DNA of 64,000 bases, from assembly GCA_050575255.1 (NCBI GenBank), contig JBNZDD010013610.1, forward strand, positions 1,906,366 through 1,970,365. Direction: 5' to 3'. The notes beneath the pieces were generated by a model. It was not told the origin of the DNA, did not search any database, and saw only the letters and a list, made by a program, of their open reading frames with translations. The stretch is from Harriotta raleighana (taxonomy: Eukaryota). The position numbers and the translations under genes are program-made. Positions within the stretch are counted from its first letter, which is position 1, and each line of letters starts with the position of its first letter. This document shows positions 25,127 through 37,260 of this stretch, piece after piece.

Positions 25127-25454
25127 AATAATAATACAATAATAATAATCCTTGCATTTGATATAGCATTTTTCACATCTAATCAACGTCTCAAAGCACT
25201 TCAAAGAATATACTGTAAAGTGAATTGACTGTATATTTGTGGGCGAAATGCAGCAGCCAATTGTGCAGAGCAATGACCTACAAACAATCATGGATTGAAA
25301 TTACCAATTTTATTATTGTGTGTTTTTTTGGATAGATTATTATTAGGCCTGTGGAGTAAAGAAACTTGCCCAAGGTTTCACCCTGATCTGCCTGGATTCG
25401 AACACAGATCTCATGCTTGTAAGGCGAGTGCTCTAGACACTGAGCTACAGGAGC
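25127..25454 (-). mobile_element. Young short tRNA-headed SINE, full length
   Basis: The reverse-complement head is GCTCCTGTAGCTCAGTGTCTAGAGCACTCGCCTTACAAGC...GTTCGAATCC (A and B boxes); body and tail are complete. Confidence 0.93.
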
Positions 25455-26679
25455 ATCATAAAAGTAAACAAAGTGGATTCCAAGAACCAGCTGATAGAGG
25501 CTTGATGGAACCCTTTTGCCCATTTTAGTATTCCCTGTTTATTATCCAACACTCATTTTAACTGGAAAACATATGCCATGAGTCTCAATAGTTCACCTTG
25601 TCAAATTTTAGGACTGCGCACATTCAGGAGAGAGAAGCAGGTATCACTTCTTACACGATCTAAAAATCTGCACCATTTGCATTCCTCTTAAATGATATGA
25701 ACCCCGATCATTCCAATAGTCTTATTTAGCTCTTGTGCAACAGAGTCAAAGATATTGACCGCAATTCAAATTTGCCTGTAAGGCCACAGTCAGCACACAG
25801 ACATGTTACAGAGAGTTTCAGGTGAGTATATCTCGCTCAGGTTACCGCCCTCTCAGTTGTTTATTTGGAGTTTACTCATTGTGCACCAAGACAACCATAT
25901 CCCTTTTAACCCTTAGCAGATCAGTAGAGTTTGTTGTTTCTAGTTTAAAATATTTTAAAATATATGTTTGATGATGAAAAAGACCCTAAACCAGAGATGT
26001 GAAGAGTACCTTTATTTTTGGAACATGTACAGTTTCAAGCAACTTGAAGTAAAACTACATTTTGCACAGCCTTTTTTTTGTGTACTGTTTTCTCTCCTTC
26101 CCTATTTTGTCTTTCCTTCTTTTCTTCTCTGCATTTTAAATTCAAACAGTTCATTGAGCATTTTGCTTTGACTTCACCATGTCACTGCAGCTACGCAGTC
26201 AAACTGTGGCATGGTTTTCGAGCTCTGATGCCCTGGGTTCTGACTGCCCGATGAGAAAACTTGTCAACGGTGCAGGAAGTTGAGCACGATTGGAAACAAG
26301 CTATCTTGCCGGTAGCACTTGGAGGGTTAATTCCCTGCAGAAAACATGTCAAAAAATAAGGTTACTGCAAAAGTAGCTGTTGGACTATAGGCAGTAATCG
26401 GCCAATGACATTACCACAGAGAGGATGATTTTACCCGTGGGCATTTATTTTTGATGGAACATAGGTAGATGGACAGACATGTGATCACTAGGACTGCCAG
26501 GAAAAATCAATAATTGCACTTGAAACAAGCGCCTACTTGCTGTTAATCATCTCACTGGCTTTGGCACACGCAATATGAAGGGGCAAACTTTCCTGTTGTC
26601 TGTCAAAATCGCGTTGCACTCATTCAAGAGAAAGCCAAGCCAGCAAGCCGACTCGCTTGTGTCTGAGATATTGTTTAGA

Positions 26680-26797
26680 GATGCACAAAGACGAGGGGTG
26701 TCCAGGAAAGTGGGTGTCCAGGGGAAGATCTGAGAGGGAGTTTAGGAGGAACTTATTTACCCAGCCAGAGGGTAGTGAGAATGTGGGACTGAGTGCT
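26680..26797 (+). mobile_element. CR1 ORF2 C-terminal fragment
   Basis: Translates to RGRSEREFRRNLFTQ (like RRNFFTQRVV); truncated by an L2 tail. Confidence 0.6.
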
Positions 26798-26799
26798 AT

Positions 26800-26980
26800 C
26801 AACAACAACAACAACAAAATTACATTTATAGAGCACCTTTCACTTTGGGAGGACGTCCCAAGGAGCTGAACAGTCAGTGGTCAGGACCTGATCACGGAGG
26901 GGTGGCCAGGGTTGGGATGAGGGAGGGCAGACAGGATAGGAGGGGACTGAAGGCACAGTTCAAGAGAACGGTCCTGAGGG
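26800..26980 (-). mobile_element. L2 LINE 3' end including the ORF2 C-terminus
   Basis: The minus-strand frame reads LRTVLLNCAFS (like L2 LKT.LF..AF), followed by a 3'UTR, the conserved tail and (TTG)n. Confidence 0.8.
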
Positions 26981-27034
26981 TAAATTGTGGCTGAATTTTT
27001 TTTAATTGCAAATTCCCGTTTGATTTGTTAGCAT

Positions 27035-27113
27035 GTTCAATTAGCGCCTTGGGACGTCCTCCTGATATAAAAGGCAATCTATCAATGAAATTTTATTGTT
27101 TGTTGTTGCTGTT
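27035..27113 (+). mobile_element. L2 3' tail
   Basis: AGCGCCTTGGGACGTCCTCCTGATATAAAAGGC followed by (TTG)n. Confidence 0.75.
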
Positions 27114-27459
27114 AGTTTAGTATAATCTGTTTCTATTCCGTAGAAGCATAAAATTATTAAGATGCTCACAAAATTGGAGTTTAGGATTCCATATTCAAGC
27201 TCTCATCTGAATGCCAAATAGCTTGTGTACACTTAAATTGCATGCTGTGTGCTTGGATATGTCATCTCAAAATAATTTATTGTGAAAACACTTTTCCCGA
27301 ACATTCAAGTAGATGTAGGGAAATGGGAGGATTTAAAGAGCATTAAAGTTGGGCTCGGTTGATGGTTGGTTTCAGAAGCTGAAGGCATTGCTCAGTGCTG
27401 CCATAGCCACACAGATCAGGAAGATCTGAACTGTTAAGGTCAATGCTCAACTGCTGTCA

Positions 27460-27710
27460 CTAATAATATTACTTGCAGTCGGTAAAGAATCTTGCATGTC
27501 AGGAGGACATCCCAAAGCATTTCACAGGATTTACTGTGAAATTTAGTGAATGTGTGTTTGTAGGAAATACAGCAGCCGATCTACACACACCATTGTCCCA
27601 CAAACATCCACGTAGTAAATAACTCATTTCATTTGGGAGATTGTTTACAAGGACCCTGGGAGCAACTCCCTCTTCTTTTTGAATAGTGCCATGGGATCTT
27701 TAAATGCACT
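27460..27710 (-). mobile_element. Old DeuSINE (tail plus part of the Deu core)
   Basis: AGGACCCTGGGAGCAACTCCCTCTTCTTTTTGAATAGTGCCATGGGATCTTTAAATGCAC is the reverse Deu core; the 3' module lies at lower coordinates. Confidence 0.8.
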
Positions 27711-30374
27711 TTTCTGTCCATGTTCTAAAAAGTGCCTTAAACATGCAATCGAATTCTTCTGCCCTCAGCATTGGTCAATGATTACTGTGTACTCCACGTC
27801 TTGAGCATTGATGGTTGTTGATTTCAGACCAGGGAAACAAGTCTAGAAAGTGAGGAGGTCCCTATGGTGGAGAGATGGGAGGAAACAAGTTAAAGTAAAC
27901 TAATCAACTCATTAGAAGCAATTGGGGAGCACGAAGGAAGTGCTGGGGATGTGTGCCTTTGTGACAAAGATCTTTGCTGCCGTATTCATAGCAAATTGCT
28001 TTTTTATGCAAAAATAAATTGATAATGGATTTCTTAGCAGCTATTCTATGGTAATTGCACATTTCTAAAAATGAGGAGAATTTTGTTTCTATTAGCTAGT
28101 ATCTTGAGTCTAATGCTGCATTATTAAACATATTCAAAACAGATTGTCAACTTTGAAACATACAGAATACCGGATGAAAAATAACGGCGTAAGAGTGATA
28201 CCACCAAAAATAAACTAAAATATGTGCAGGAAATTAGTTCTCCTCACCAATTATGCAATGAGTAGGATGGAAAGTTGAGCATTCACTTCAAAGATATGGA
28301 ATCCTTTATATCCCTCTCTCACAAATTCACAAGAATGTTTTTCCCAGCAGACCCAAACAACAGCTCAGTTCAAGTTATTAATGAAGGAAACAAGTGATAA
28401 AAGAATTCAAGTCTGTCACAAGTTATTAAATGTAGACCCTATTGTCTATCTCCAGCAGTCAACTTGTGGACTGATTTCAAATGGCAATAATATACAGTCT
28501 AACCTGGAGTTAGACAGTTGGATTTCTGATTTTAATAAAACGCACACATTTGCTGAAATGTTTCTGTGGAATTTCCTTGCAATCTCATGGCAGCTTTAGT
28601 TTGCGGTAAATTTGCAGTTAATGACATTAGAGAGGAATATAATACCTTTCTGCGAATGTTAATTGGCACTGCACTGAGACATCGGAATGCTTCCGAAAAT
28701 GGCAAGGCGTCCTGGAACTCGCCCGAAAACACTAAGGGGGAGGAAAAAGTAACACAAAAATTCCATACGTTATATCAAATGGCAGCGATCGCAGAGTGAG
28801 TTGAAGGCTGTAATTTAATCTTGAGGTTCAGATGACATTTATAAATCACTCGAGCTTCACTCTCTCAGGTTATGATGTCATCTGCATCCCTCAATTAGAT
28901 TACAGTCGTGTAACTCACTTGGAGGAATCTATTAGTCTGGATTTATTTTGCTCACCACATTCAGGTAACAGCACATTTGTTAATGCGGTCTTCAAAATGC
29001 TCGTGAAAGCCTTTTGATCCTTTTGTATATTGGACCAGCAACAAACAGCAACAAATGTCACTTATTCTGCATTAATAGGGAACATCTGGGACGGAACTAT
29101 ACATGTGTCAGGCCTCATTTATCACCTTCATCACAATACATTTGTTTCTTTGTAGGATCTCAAAAGCCAAAAAGATGGGTTAAAAAGTTAGATTCAAATC
29201 AGATTTTATGTCCCCTACCAGTGTAGGCTTGGATTTGGGATTTTTTTTTATGAGATAGCAAGCAATAAAAATAATATAAAAGCTGAAAGATGCAAGTTAA
29301 GGTTCCCAGTTTGTATCTCAATTACATTCAGGATAACCTTGTCCTAGTGGGACGGGTGCATTTTGCAGTATTTTGCAGGAAGTAGTTGAGAGAAAGATCT
29401 TACAACAACGACAATGATAATCTGCATTTATATAGCGTCCTTTACATAGGATTGCATCTCCAACGCAGCTCACTCCAAAGCACCTTTTGAATATCACCCA
29501 AGATGACGGCTGTCAACCGTATTGTCTCACCATTTCAGTTGATGAGGAAAGTGTTCATGTGAGCACCGCATATGCGAAGGAAAAATAGAGAAATTACTTA
29601 AGGGAGTAGAAAACTTTCATGGACTGTAACGTCTCTGAAAGGACAAGCCCTATATCCCTAACCTTTACATGAAAAATGCTCCCCTACAATAATCACTGAA
29701 CCAAGTCATATGAATCTTTAGTTTAATGACAAATATTGATATGAAAAGGATGAATAAATGCAATTTTATTTTTGTTTAAAAAACAGAAGTGGACACTTTG
29801 TTGTACCATTAGGGATAGCTGTTTTTTAAAAAGACAATAGAATGGCCAATACTAAGATACCAGTGGCAATAGGTACCAGTATCATGAGATAAGCAAAGTG
29901 GCTTATATAATTTGAGACAGTTTAAATCATTCAAAACTATTATGTGAAGGCAACTGCTATTTGCTGGCTCTTCGATGCTATATAAACCTTAGAAAAATGC
30001 TTCACAGTTTCTTACTTTCCAATTTTATTTGTTGCACGCTACTAATATATTTTTAACGTCCTTCTCGTTGTTTCAATTGTTCAGCTAGGTCTGGATAAGG
30101 TTTTTATTTGAAAATTTGCTTGGCACAGCTAAAAGAAATCTAAAGTTGCAGATTGTGTTCCATAAAATGGAGGGGACTGAATTAAATGATATCAGCGAAT
30201 AAAAAAGTGATATTTCTATCTTAAGTAGGTTCAAAATGAGAGGAATTTCTGAACCAGAATAACTAACAAGCCTTGTATTTTACAGTGAAACTGAATTCCT
30301 TTGCTAATGCATTCAAGGAAACAGTGCTACCTCCTGGTACAATTGGTAAGAAATGCAGATCATGATTTTTTAAT

Positions 30375-30684
30375 GTGGAGTCCTGTGGCTCAGTGGTTAG
30401 AGCACTCGCATTACAAGCGAGAGTCCTAGGTTCATTCTCGACAGGTTAGGGCGAAACCTTGGACAAGTTTCTTTACTCCATATGCCTGATAATAATCCCT
30501 AAAAAAAAATCAATAATAAAATTGGTCATTTGAATCCATAACTGTTTGAGGGATACTGCTGTGCACAATTGGCTGCTGCATTTCACCCAAAATGTACAGC
30601 CAATTCACTTTACAGTACAGTATATTCTTTGAGACATCTAGAAGATCTGGTAAGGCTCTATATATTTGCAAGGATTATTATTAT
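30375..30684 (+). mobile_element. Young short tRNA-headed SINE, full length
   Basis: A box TGGCTCAGTGGTTAGAGC, CTCGC-ATTACAA-GCGAG stem-loop, B box GGTTCATTCTC, body, and GCAAGGATTATTATT tail. Confidence 0.93.
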
Positions 30685-30785
30685 TTTATGCTTCCTAGCA
30701 CAATGATAACAATCTCTATTGTTTATAATTACTGCATTTAGAAATTATATATTTTAGAAACGTGTGTACTTACATATAAGTCTTT

Positions 30786-30909
30786 CAACAACAGCAACAA
30801 CAAAATTATATGTGTCTAGCACCTTTCACATCGGAGAACGTCCCCAGTGCCTTCGAACATCCTCCCGACGTGAAAGGTGTTATACAAATGTAATTTTGTT
30901 TATGTTGTT
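30786..30909. repeat. Imperfect palindrome formed by two inverted L2 3' tails
   Basis: The left arm CAAAATTATATGTGTCTAGCACCTTTCACATCGGAGAACGTCC pairs with the right arm GAACATCCTCCCGACGTGAAAGGTGTTATACAAATGTAATTTTG. Confidence 0.85.
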
Positions 30910-33900
30910 TCAAACTTATTTGTATGAAGTAAATGCGTAGGCCACCTGCTCTTCCTTGGTCTGTATTGAGTTTTGTTTGTGGAGGTTGAAGCTAAAGAAA
31001 TAAAATTGATACATTAGACAAGAATGCTTTCCTGCCAATATACAGTATGTGAGCCAGTTCCACAACAAGGTGATTAGCTTGAAAGTTTTGGTGGTTGTGT
31101 GCTGCAATGCTCCTCTCACGTGTAAGGGAAAAACAGTGCCCACATTGAATAAAACTGTTTAAAGATGAAATGATAGCAGGAATGCATTGCAGAACTGTTT
31201 GGCCTTGAATTAAAAAAATTACTTATCGGAAAAAGTGAGATGAATGAAGATTTACCTATTGCTGGTATGTCAAATGCCACTGTAACAATATTCACTAAGG
31301 TGATGTGCATTAAAGGAACTGTTTTTTTGCAAGAAAAAGAATGTTCAATGCTATTTTTATTTAACTCCAAAATGTTAAAGAACCAAAGTATAGACAGCTG
31401 GATTATTGGGAGATTTTATATACAGTAATACAGCACAAGAGAAGCTGAACAATTGTTCTGCTGCCGAACCTTTAACCTTGAGCTCTGCTTTATAATATGA
31501 TAAAAAGTATTTTTATTTAAACTATAGGTAAAAAAATGTTCCAGTACAGCTTAATATGAGTTACGTTTTGGCAGTCTCAGACCCCAGAGGACTGAGTGCA
31601 CATCTGCACCAAGTCAAAATCATCTTAAAAGCAAAAGTGGGGTGGGGGGGAGTGGGAAGGATTGTGGGGGGGAGGGGGGATGGGGAGAGAGAAATCCTTT
31701 TACAGAGAGAGAAAAAAATCCTAACTGGCTGAAGTTTATGTGTTGTATCGCACAGTTCCTATAGGGGATATAAGGAAATTTATGGAAGACAGACAATTCC
31801 TATTATCTGGAAAATCAATGCAATATAATAGAAAACACATGCACAAAATATAGAAAAAGAAGTAAAATTGAAGAGCAGAAAGTCTATACAATACGTACAT
31901 GAATGAAACTGACTGCATTGGTTACACAGATACAATTCAGGAACTGTCGATATTAGGTGCTTTACAGTAAAATGTAAATCCATACCATTAGCGTATTGAC
32001 ACAAATAGTGGAAGGAAATGGAATATCCAAAGTGCATTGTGCTTATGCACTGTTTGAACATTAATCTTAAGTGCGCACATTACACTGTATATGTTTTAGG
32101 TGAACAAAATATAGATATAGTAGATCTCAGCATTAACCCCGCAAGTGCCATTCACAGTGGGTGAATAGGGCAGGTTAAGAGGTGTCTTACAACATAAATT
32201 CCAGAGAATGAGAATAATTTTTTTCTAGAGATTTGTGATAATAATAATGGTGATAATAATACCTGTTTGAACAAAACAGGAATGTTATGTGGAACTTTTT
32301 TGCCACTAAATAGAAGAATGGTGCAAAGTATATGTTGGTACATGTGTAAACTTGTTCTTTTTTCCCCCAACAATCTTTGACATTAAATCACATCCTTGTC
32401 ATTTACTGAGACCCACAGAGCTATTATTTGAATTCAAAACATAAATTTAACTTTCAAGTAAAATTAAATCGTGTATGGTCTACTAATTTTATGAACATGT
32501 TATCAACTGGTAATTAGAATGTAAATTAAAATAAAGGATTATACTGATAGGTAACTGGTGAGTCAGATGTTTTCTTAGGTTGGTATGTGGAAAATTTTGC
32601 ATTTATCACAGGCTTTAGCAAATGAGTGCCTAGTTAAGCATGATTTCAGGCTCTGCACTGAAATAGATACTGCTGTGCTAAGACCCTATAATAAAGTTAA
32701 AACATTTAAGTTCACTCTTGCCATTAGCTTTCAGATCTTTACATATTGGCTTCATGAGTGTATCGGAGGGCTGGGTTTGGGGTTTGGGATTTATTCATTG
32801 TTCTCAACTTCTCGTAATCCTCTGTCGAATGTACATTGAATAACACTACAGGAGAATGCAGTCTATCCTGAAAATAACATTCTTTTTAGAAAAAACGCAC
32901 ACACAAATGAACGTATAATTGCTCTTTCAACATCAAGCAGAGAGACTAAATTTATCAAATCTACAAAAACATCAAAATTAAAATGTTCTAAATTGTGGTT
33001 TTTATTAGTCCTTAAATCAGGCTAACGCTGGTATGCAGACACACTGGAACCTGGGTCACAGAGCAGTAATTTACACTGCCAGCCGGCTTCTGTGTTAAAT
33101 TAAGAATGCTAGGGTTTTGGTCGGTTATCAGTGCTCCATAACAAATACAGGACAATTTTTTTTGATATATTAATTTTTGACCAAATGTCCCCCGCTTGAC
33201 TGCTGTAACGAGGTATGATGTATTGAGCTCAGGCTGTTGCCTAGGAGACCTCGGTCCCCTGTTACTTGTCATTACAGTGCAAACAAGCCCTGGCATATAA
33301 TGTCATTCCAGTCATCATAGAGAAATAAGGCAATGCTGGCCTGCAGTTAATTGCATGCAGACACATCAGAACCACTAAAAAGTCCCATTTTGTTTGCAAA
33401 TAAGAACAAGAGGTTTCTGAATAGTTAGGATCAGGAACATGTTGTAATTGCATTTGAACACTTAATTCCACAAAAAGCAATATAGCTCGCCATTGATGCA
33501 CAGGCTTTTGTGAATAACTAGAAATTGCTCCTAGAAAATGGAAGGCATACAATATAATGCTTTTTTATGAGAGTGAAGTGCTTGAGACTGTGGACTGTGT
33601 ATTTTTTTCCTCCTCTCTCTCTTTGCAGAGCAGCTTTGGGGTCACGTTTTCTTCAGTTATTTCTTTCTTTCATCTTCCTTTTTTTTATTTTCAAAGGAGG
33701 AAGGGCAATGGCTAAATAATGAGCTGTAATTTTCAATGGTAAAGTGCACCTTGCTTAGGATACTTTATGATTTACCACAGTAAGGTGGAAAGATCAAAGG
33801 AATGCCAAACGCAGACCTTTTCCCTTTTTTAAAAAAAAATTTAGGAGAGGTGCCTGATTTATTAATTCATGTTTTAAATGGATATTACAGCTGGTTTTGG

Positions 33901-35024
33901 TTTGCAAAAATAGTAAAAATTTCACTATAGGTCTAACAAAATCTGCGAAATAAAACATAGTTGGTGGTATGTTCTGTGGCTTGACAAACATAATAGAGAG
34001 AAAATTCTGTTTAAGTGAGCAAAATCTGCCATTTTATTTTTGATGGAAAGATTTACACCTGCAGTTGATCCATACTTTTACTCTGGTTGTTGCTTAATAT
34101 TGTGTATTACTTAGTGCCTGCGTCACTTATGTTTGGGAGACTTATTTTGGACAGGAAGTAAGGGGGAAAACTGTGATAAACTGTTTACAATTTACAATTT
34201 GGAAGATTATAGCAAAATGTTTTTGTTCCCAAGAATGGGGAGCTGACAGACATCATAGACATGTTACAAAATATTCTTTTCAATATGGACGCCTTGTGTT
34301 AAAAGAAGGAAAATACAGCATTCAAACAGAAACCCAATTTATGTGCACCAAAGGCAATTAAAAATGCCTGAAATACAAGTAAATGAAGCCTTTTACACAA
34401 CAATTCCACCTCCCACCGTGATACAAATTGCAGGATTATTCCAGTCTGTTTGCATTGGATGACATTGTTTCATTTCATTTTGATGTGTTGTTTAAAATGG
34501 GCTTGCAGTGAGTAGCAGCCTCCAAGCAGATAGCACCAGGGTATAGACAAAAATGTTAAATCAGATCTATTGTGTTGTGCAATATCCTATTAAGCTGTAA
34601 AAATCCTACAGGATTTATAATTTATCCTCTAGGATCCCACAGCAATTGTTCCAATAACATCGAGGATTTTCTGAAGGAATGGCCTATAGAATCTTTTATA
34701 GGGAAATAAGATGTTTAACAATTAATTTCCAGCTTGCAACAAATTTTCAGTGACAAATGTATTCATTTGAGTGTCGTTTTGCCAGTAGCGGGTGTTTATT
34801 TCCTCCGAGCAGAATAATCTTTCAGCACTGGTAAATAAGATAGCCGTTTCTGCACCTTTTGGTTTACACAAGCAATGGTGGAGTGCCAGGTAGCGGTAAA
34901 CAAGTTCGTAGCTGTGAATCACCAGACGTTCAGTTTTCAACTAGATCACTGGGAAGGCACCAAATGGACATTAGGTTACACACTGATTTGCTGCAAAGAG
35001 AAGAGTGAGGCTGGGTTTACCTAC

Positions 35025-35125
35025 AACTATACAGTCAGCACACTTAACAGGAATTCCTGTGAAGCGCTTTGAGACATTCTCCTGATGTGAAAGATGCTAT
35101 GTCAAATGCAAGGATTATTATTATT
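35025..35125 (+). mobile_element. SINE 3' fragment
   Basis: GTGAAGCGCTTTGAGACATTCTCCTGATGTGAAAGATGCTATGTCAAATGCAAGGATTATTATTATT. Confidence 0.85.
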
Positions 35126-36419
35126 AAAGAAGTGTTGTAGTGACTTGAGAGGAGTGAGACGCTGGGAGCAGATTGTTCGTTGACACTTTAAGGCAGAGAG
35201 TGAAGTCTTACATAGGAAAACCAACAAAGAGGGGAGAGAGAATAACAAAGAATACAGATCTAATGAAATCCTATAAGATTGAATAGTATCCTTGGCCACC
35301 CAAATAAACAGACAGGTTTACAAAAAAAAATTGCTGACACTTAACAATAAAAGCCTTAGATATAAGACATTGTATTTTCACTGGGATTGCTTCAAAATTG
35401 GAGTGAACTAGGGCTAGGAAATTGCAGGTATAAATTTTTTACATAAGGTAGACATAGGCTTTTAATTTGCTTTTCAGAACCCTAAAAGCATCTATCCGCA
35501 CTCATCTGTTTACTTCATTCTGGCTCTATCTATCTTAACAATGAAACCTCAGCGAAAGGCTCTTGAAAAAAAAAAGAGCTGTGTAGATTTACTGTAAAGA
35601 ATAAAATGAAGAGGGTTTCTCTTTGAGCTGGCTTTCATCGTGACAGGGTGAATTAAATGGTAGTCAGGTAACTGATGGCTCCAGGATACAGGGCGATAAT
35701 GTAGTATGAAAATAATGGCGTATGGAGATTTTAAATCTGAAGACTTCTGATACCAATTTACTCTAGCAGGATTCAGTTGCCGATCCCACTGTGAGCTGAA
35801 ACTGGATTTCATTTTCTTCTGTGGAAAGAAATGACAGTCTTGACTGGTGGGGTGTATCGCGGGTAAATTATAGATGTAAGGCGGAAACTGCATACAGAGG
35901 TAGTCAGACACGAGTTATCATTTTCACAGAACAAAAGGTTTAAACAATTTTTCTCTGATGGTTGTGGGAGTGTTTTAGTAGTAATGTTACAGGTCAGCTA
36001 ATGGAATAAGAAAACTAAGGTTTTTTAAAGGAGAGCTCTCCCCCTTTTTTTTAAATACAAGCTTTTGTGTGAGCCGCTGAAGCAGCCATTAGTAATTTAT
36101 CAACGATGTGTTGGAATTTTTCTCTTTTTATGGATCACATCAATGGCAAGCAGATGCAGTGAAATAAAATTGAACACTGGGTCTGATCTGGGGAGTAGAG
36201 CATATGCAATTCACTTGTTATGAGTTAACATTGGTCACATTCATGTGCAGTTTTTTTTTACTCCATTTCGCATCCACAATGACAAACATTCAGGGGAGGG
36301 GTTGGGGTGGGCGGTGAGGTTGAGGGGGAACAATAGTCAGAGATGCAGATTAACTCAGAGTTTCATTATTTTTTAACTTCCTGTTTCTTATTTTACACGT
36401 TAACTAACATTCATGACTA

Positions 36420-37260
36420 TTTCATAGAATTTTGTTGAGCAAATGGCTTCGAAATAGCCCAAATCATTCATCTATGCCAATGTTTATACTTCACATAAGC
36501 TCCCAATCCTCCTATTACCCTCTTCTATACCCCTCCATCCCATTGTTCCGCATTTATGCATCAAGCTTTCTCTTAAATGCATTGGTGACTCTTGTCTTTG
36601 ATCAGGCGACAGGGCAATCCATTTTTAGCTTACCAGACAGTGCACCTAAGTGGTGTGGAAAAAGAATCCCATCCCAGACAGCTACTGGTGTCAGCCAGCT
36701 AGCCCTAAGAAAAGTTATGTAGCTTCTTATGATAAATCATTGCCCAGATTAGGAGCGCATATTACAGCCCTTAAAAGGCACTCCCAGTAAGTGGAGAGAT
36801 GCCTCTCTACAACTTCTGAACTGCGTTCCTGTGTGGTCTATCATACTGTTCTTAAATTGTTGCCAGCTGATCTGATCCAAAATATTTTTAAATATTAGTA
36901 AGCACTCAGCGCCAGGTAGAGGAGTCCTAGGGTGTGCTTTATTGCACACGCCTTGGCCTATGGATTTGAAACCAAAAGTATCAACCCTGGTACCTGTTCC
37001 AAATTGCTGTACTCCAGAAGCAAAGTCACATTGCTTCCAGTAGTGCAAAAGAGACTGTGGTTGAGAATATTTTCTGACTGTGTCCGCTAATTGAGCAGCA
37101 TGCATTGAGGAATATGTAGTAGTTTTTCTGAAATAATCTCTAAATACTGAAGTACAGGACCTGAAAACAGCAAAGTGAGCCATTGCACACATGGTACACA
37201 TAAAAAAGGACAATTGTTTACACAAGTAGATGAAAACAGAAGTTATGTCCATATACATTT
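36420..37260 (-). mobile_element. CR1 LINE 3' region (decayed, possibly with an insertion)
   Basis: The minus strand gives TNAFKRKLDA*MRNNGMEGY (~36590-36525), the CR1 C-terminus, followed by a 3'UTR. AHFAVFRSCTSVFRDYFRK weakly resembles the LEYCVQFWSP..KKDI region. Confidence 0.7.

Noticed and set aside
30375-30445. tRNA-Val gene
   Set aside because: There is no paired acceptor stem, and the sequence continues into a SINE body shared by many copies, so it is a SINE head.
36749-37258. Longest ORF (169 aa, - strand) as a host gene
   Set aside because: It lies within a decayed CR1 interval and has no recognisable domain or exon structure.
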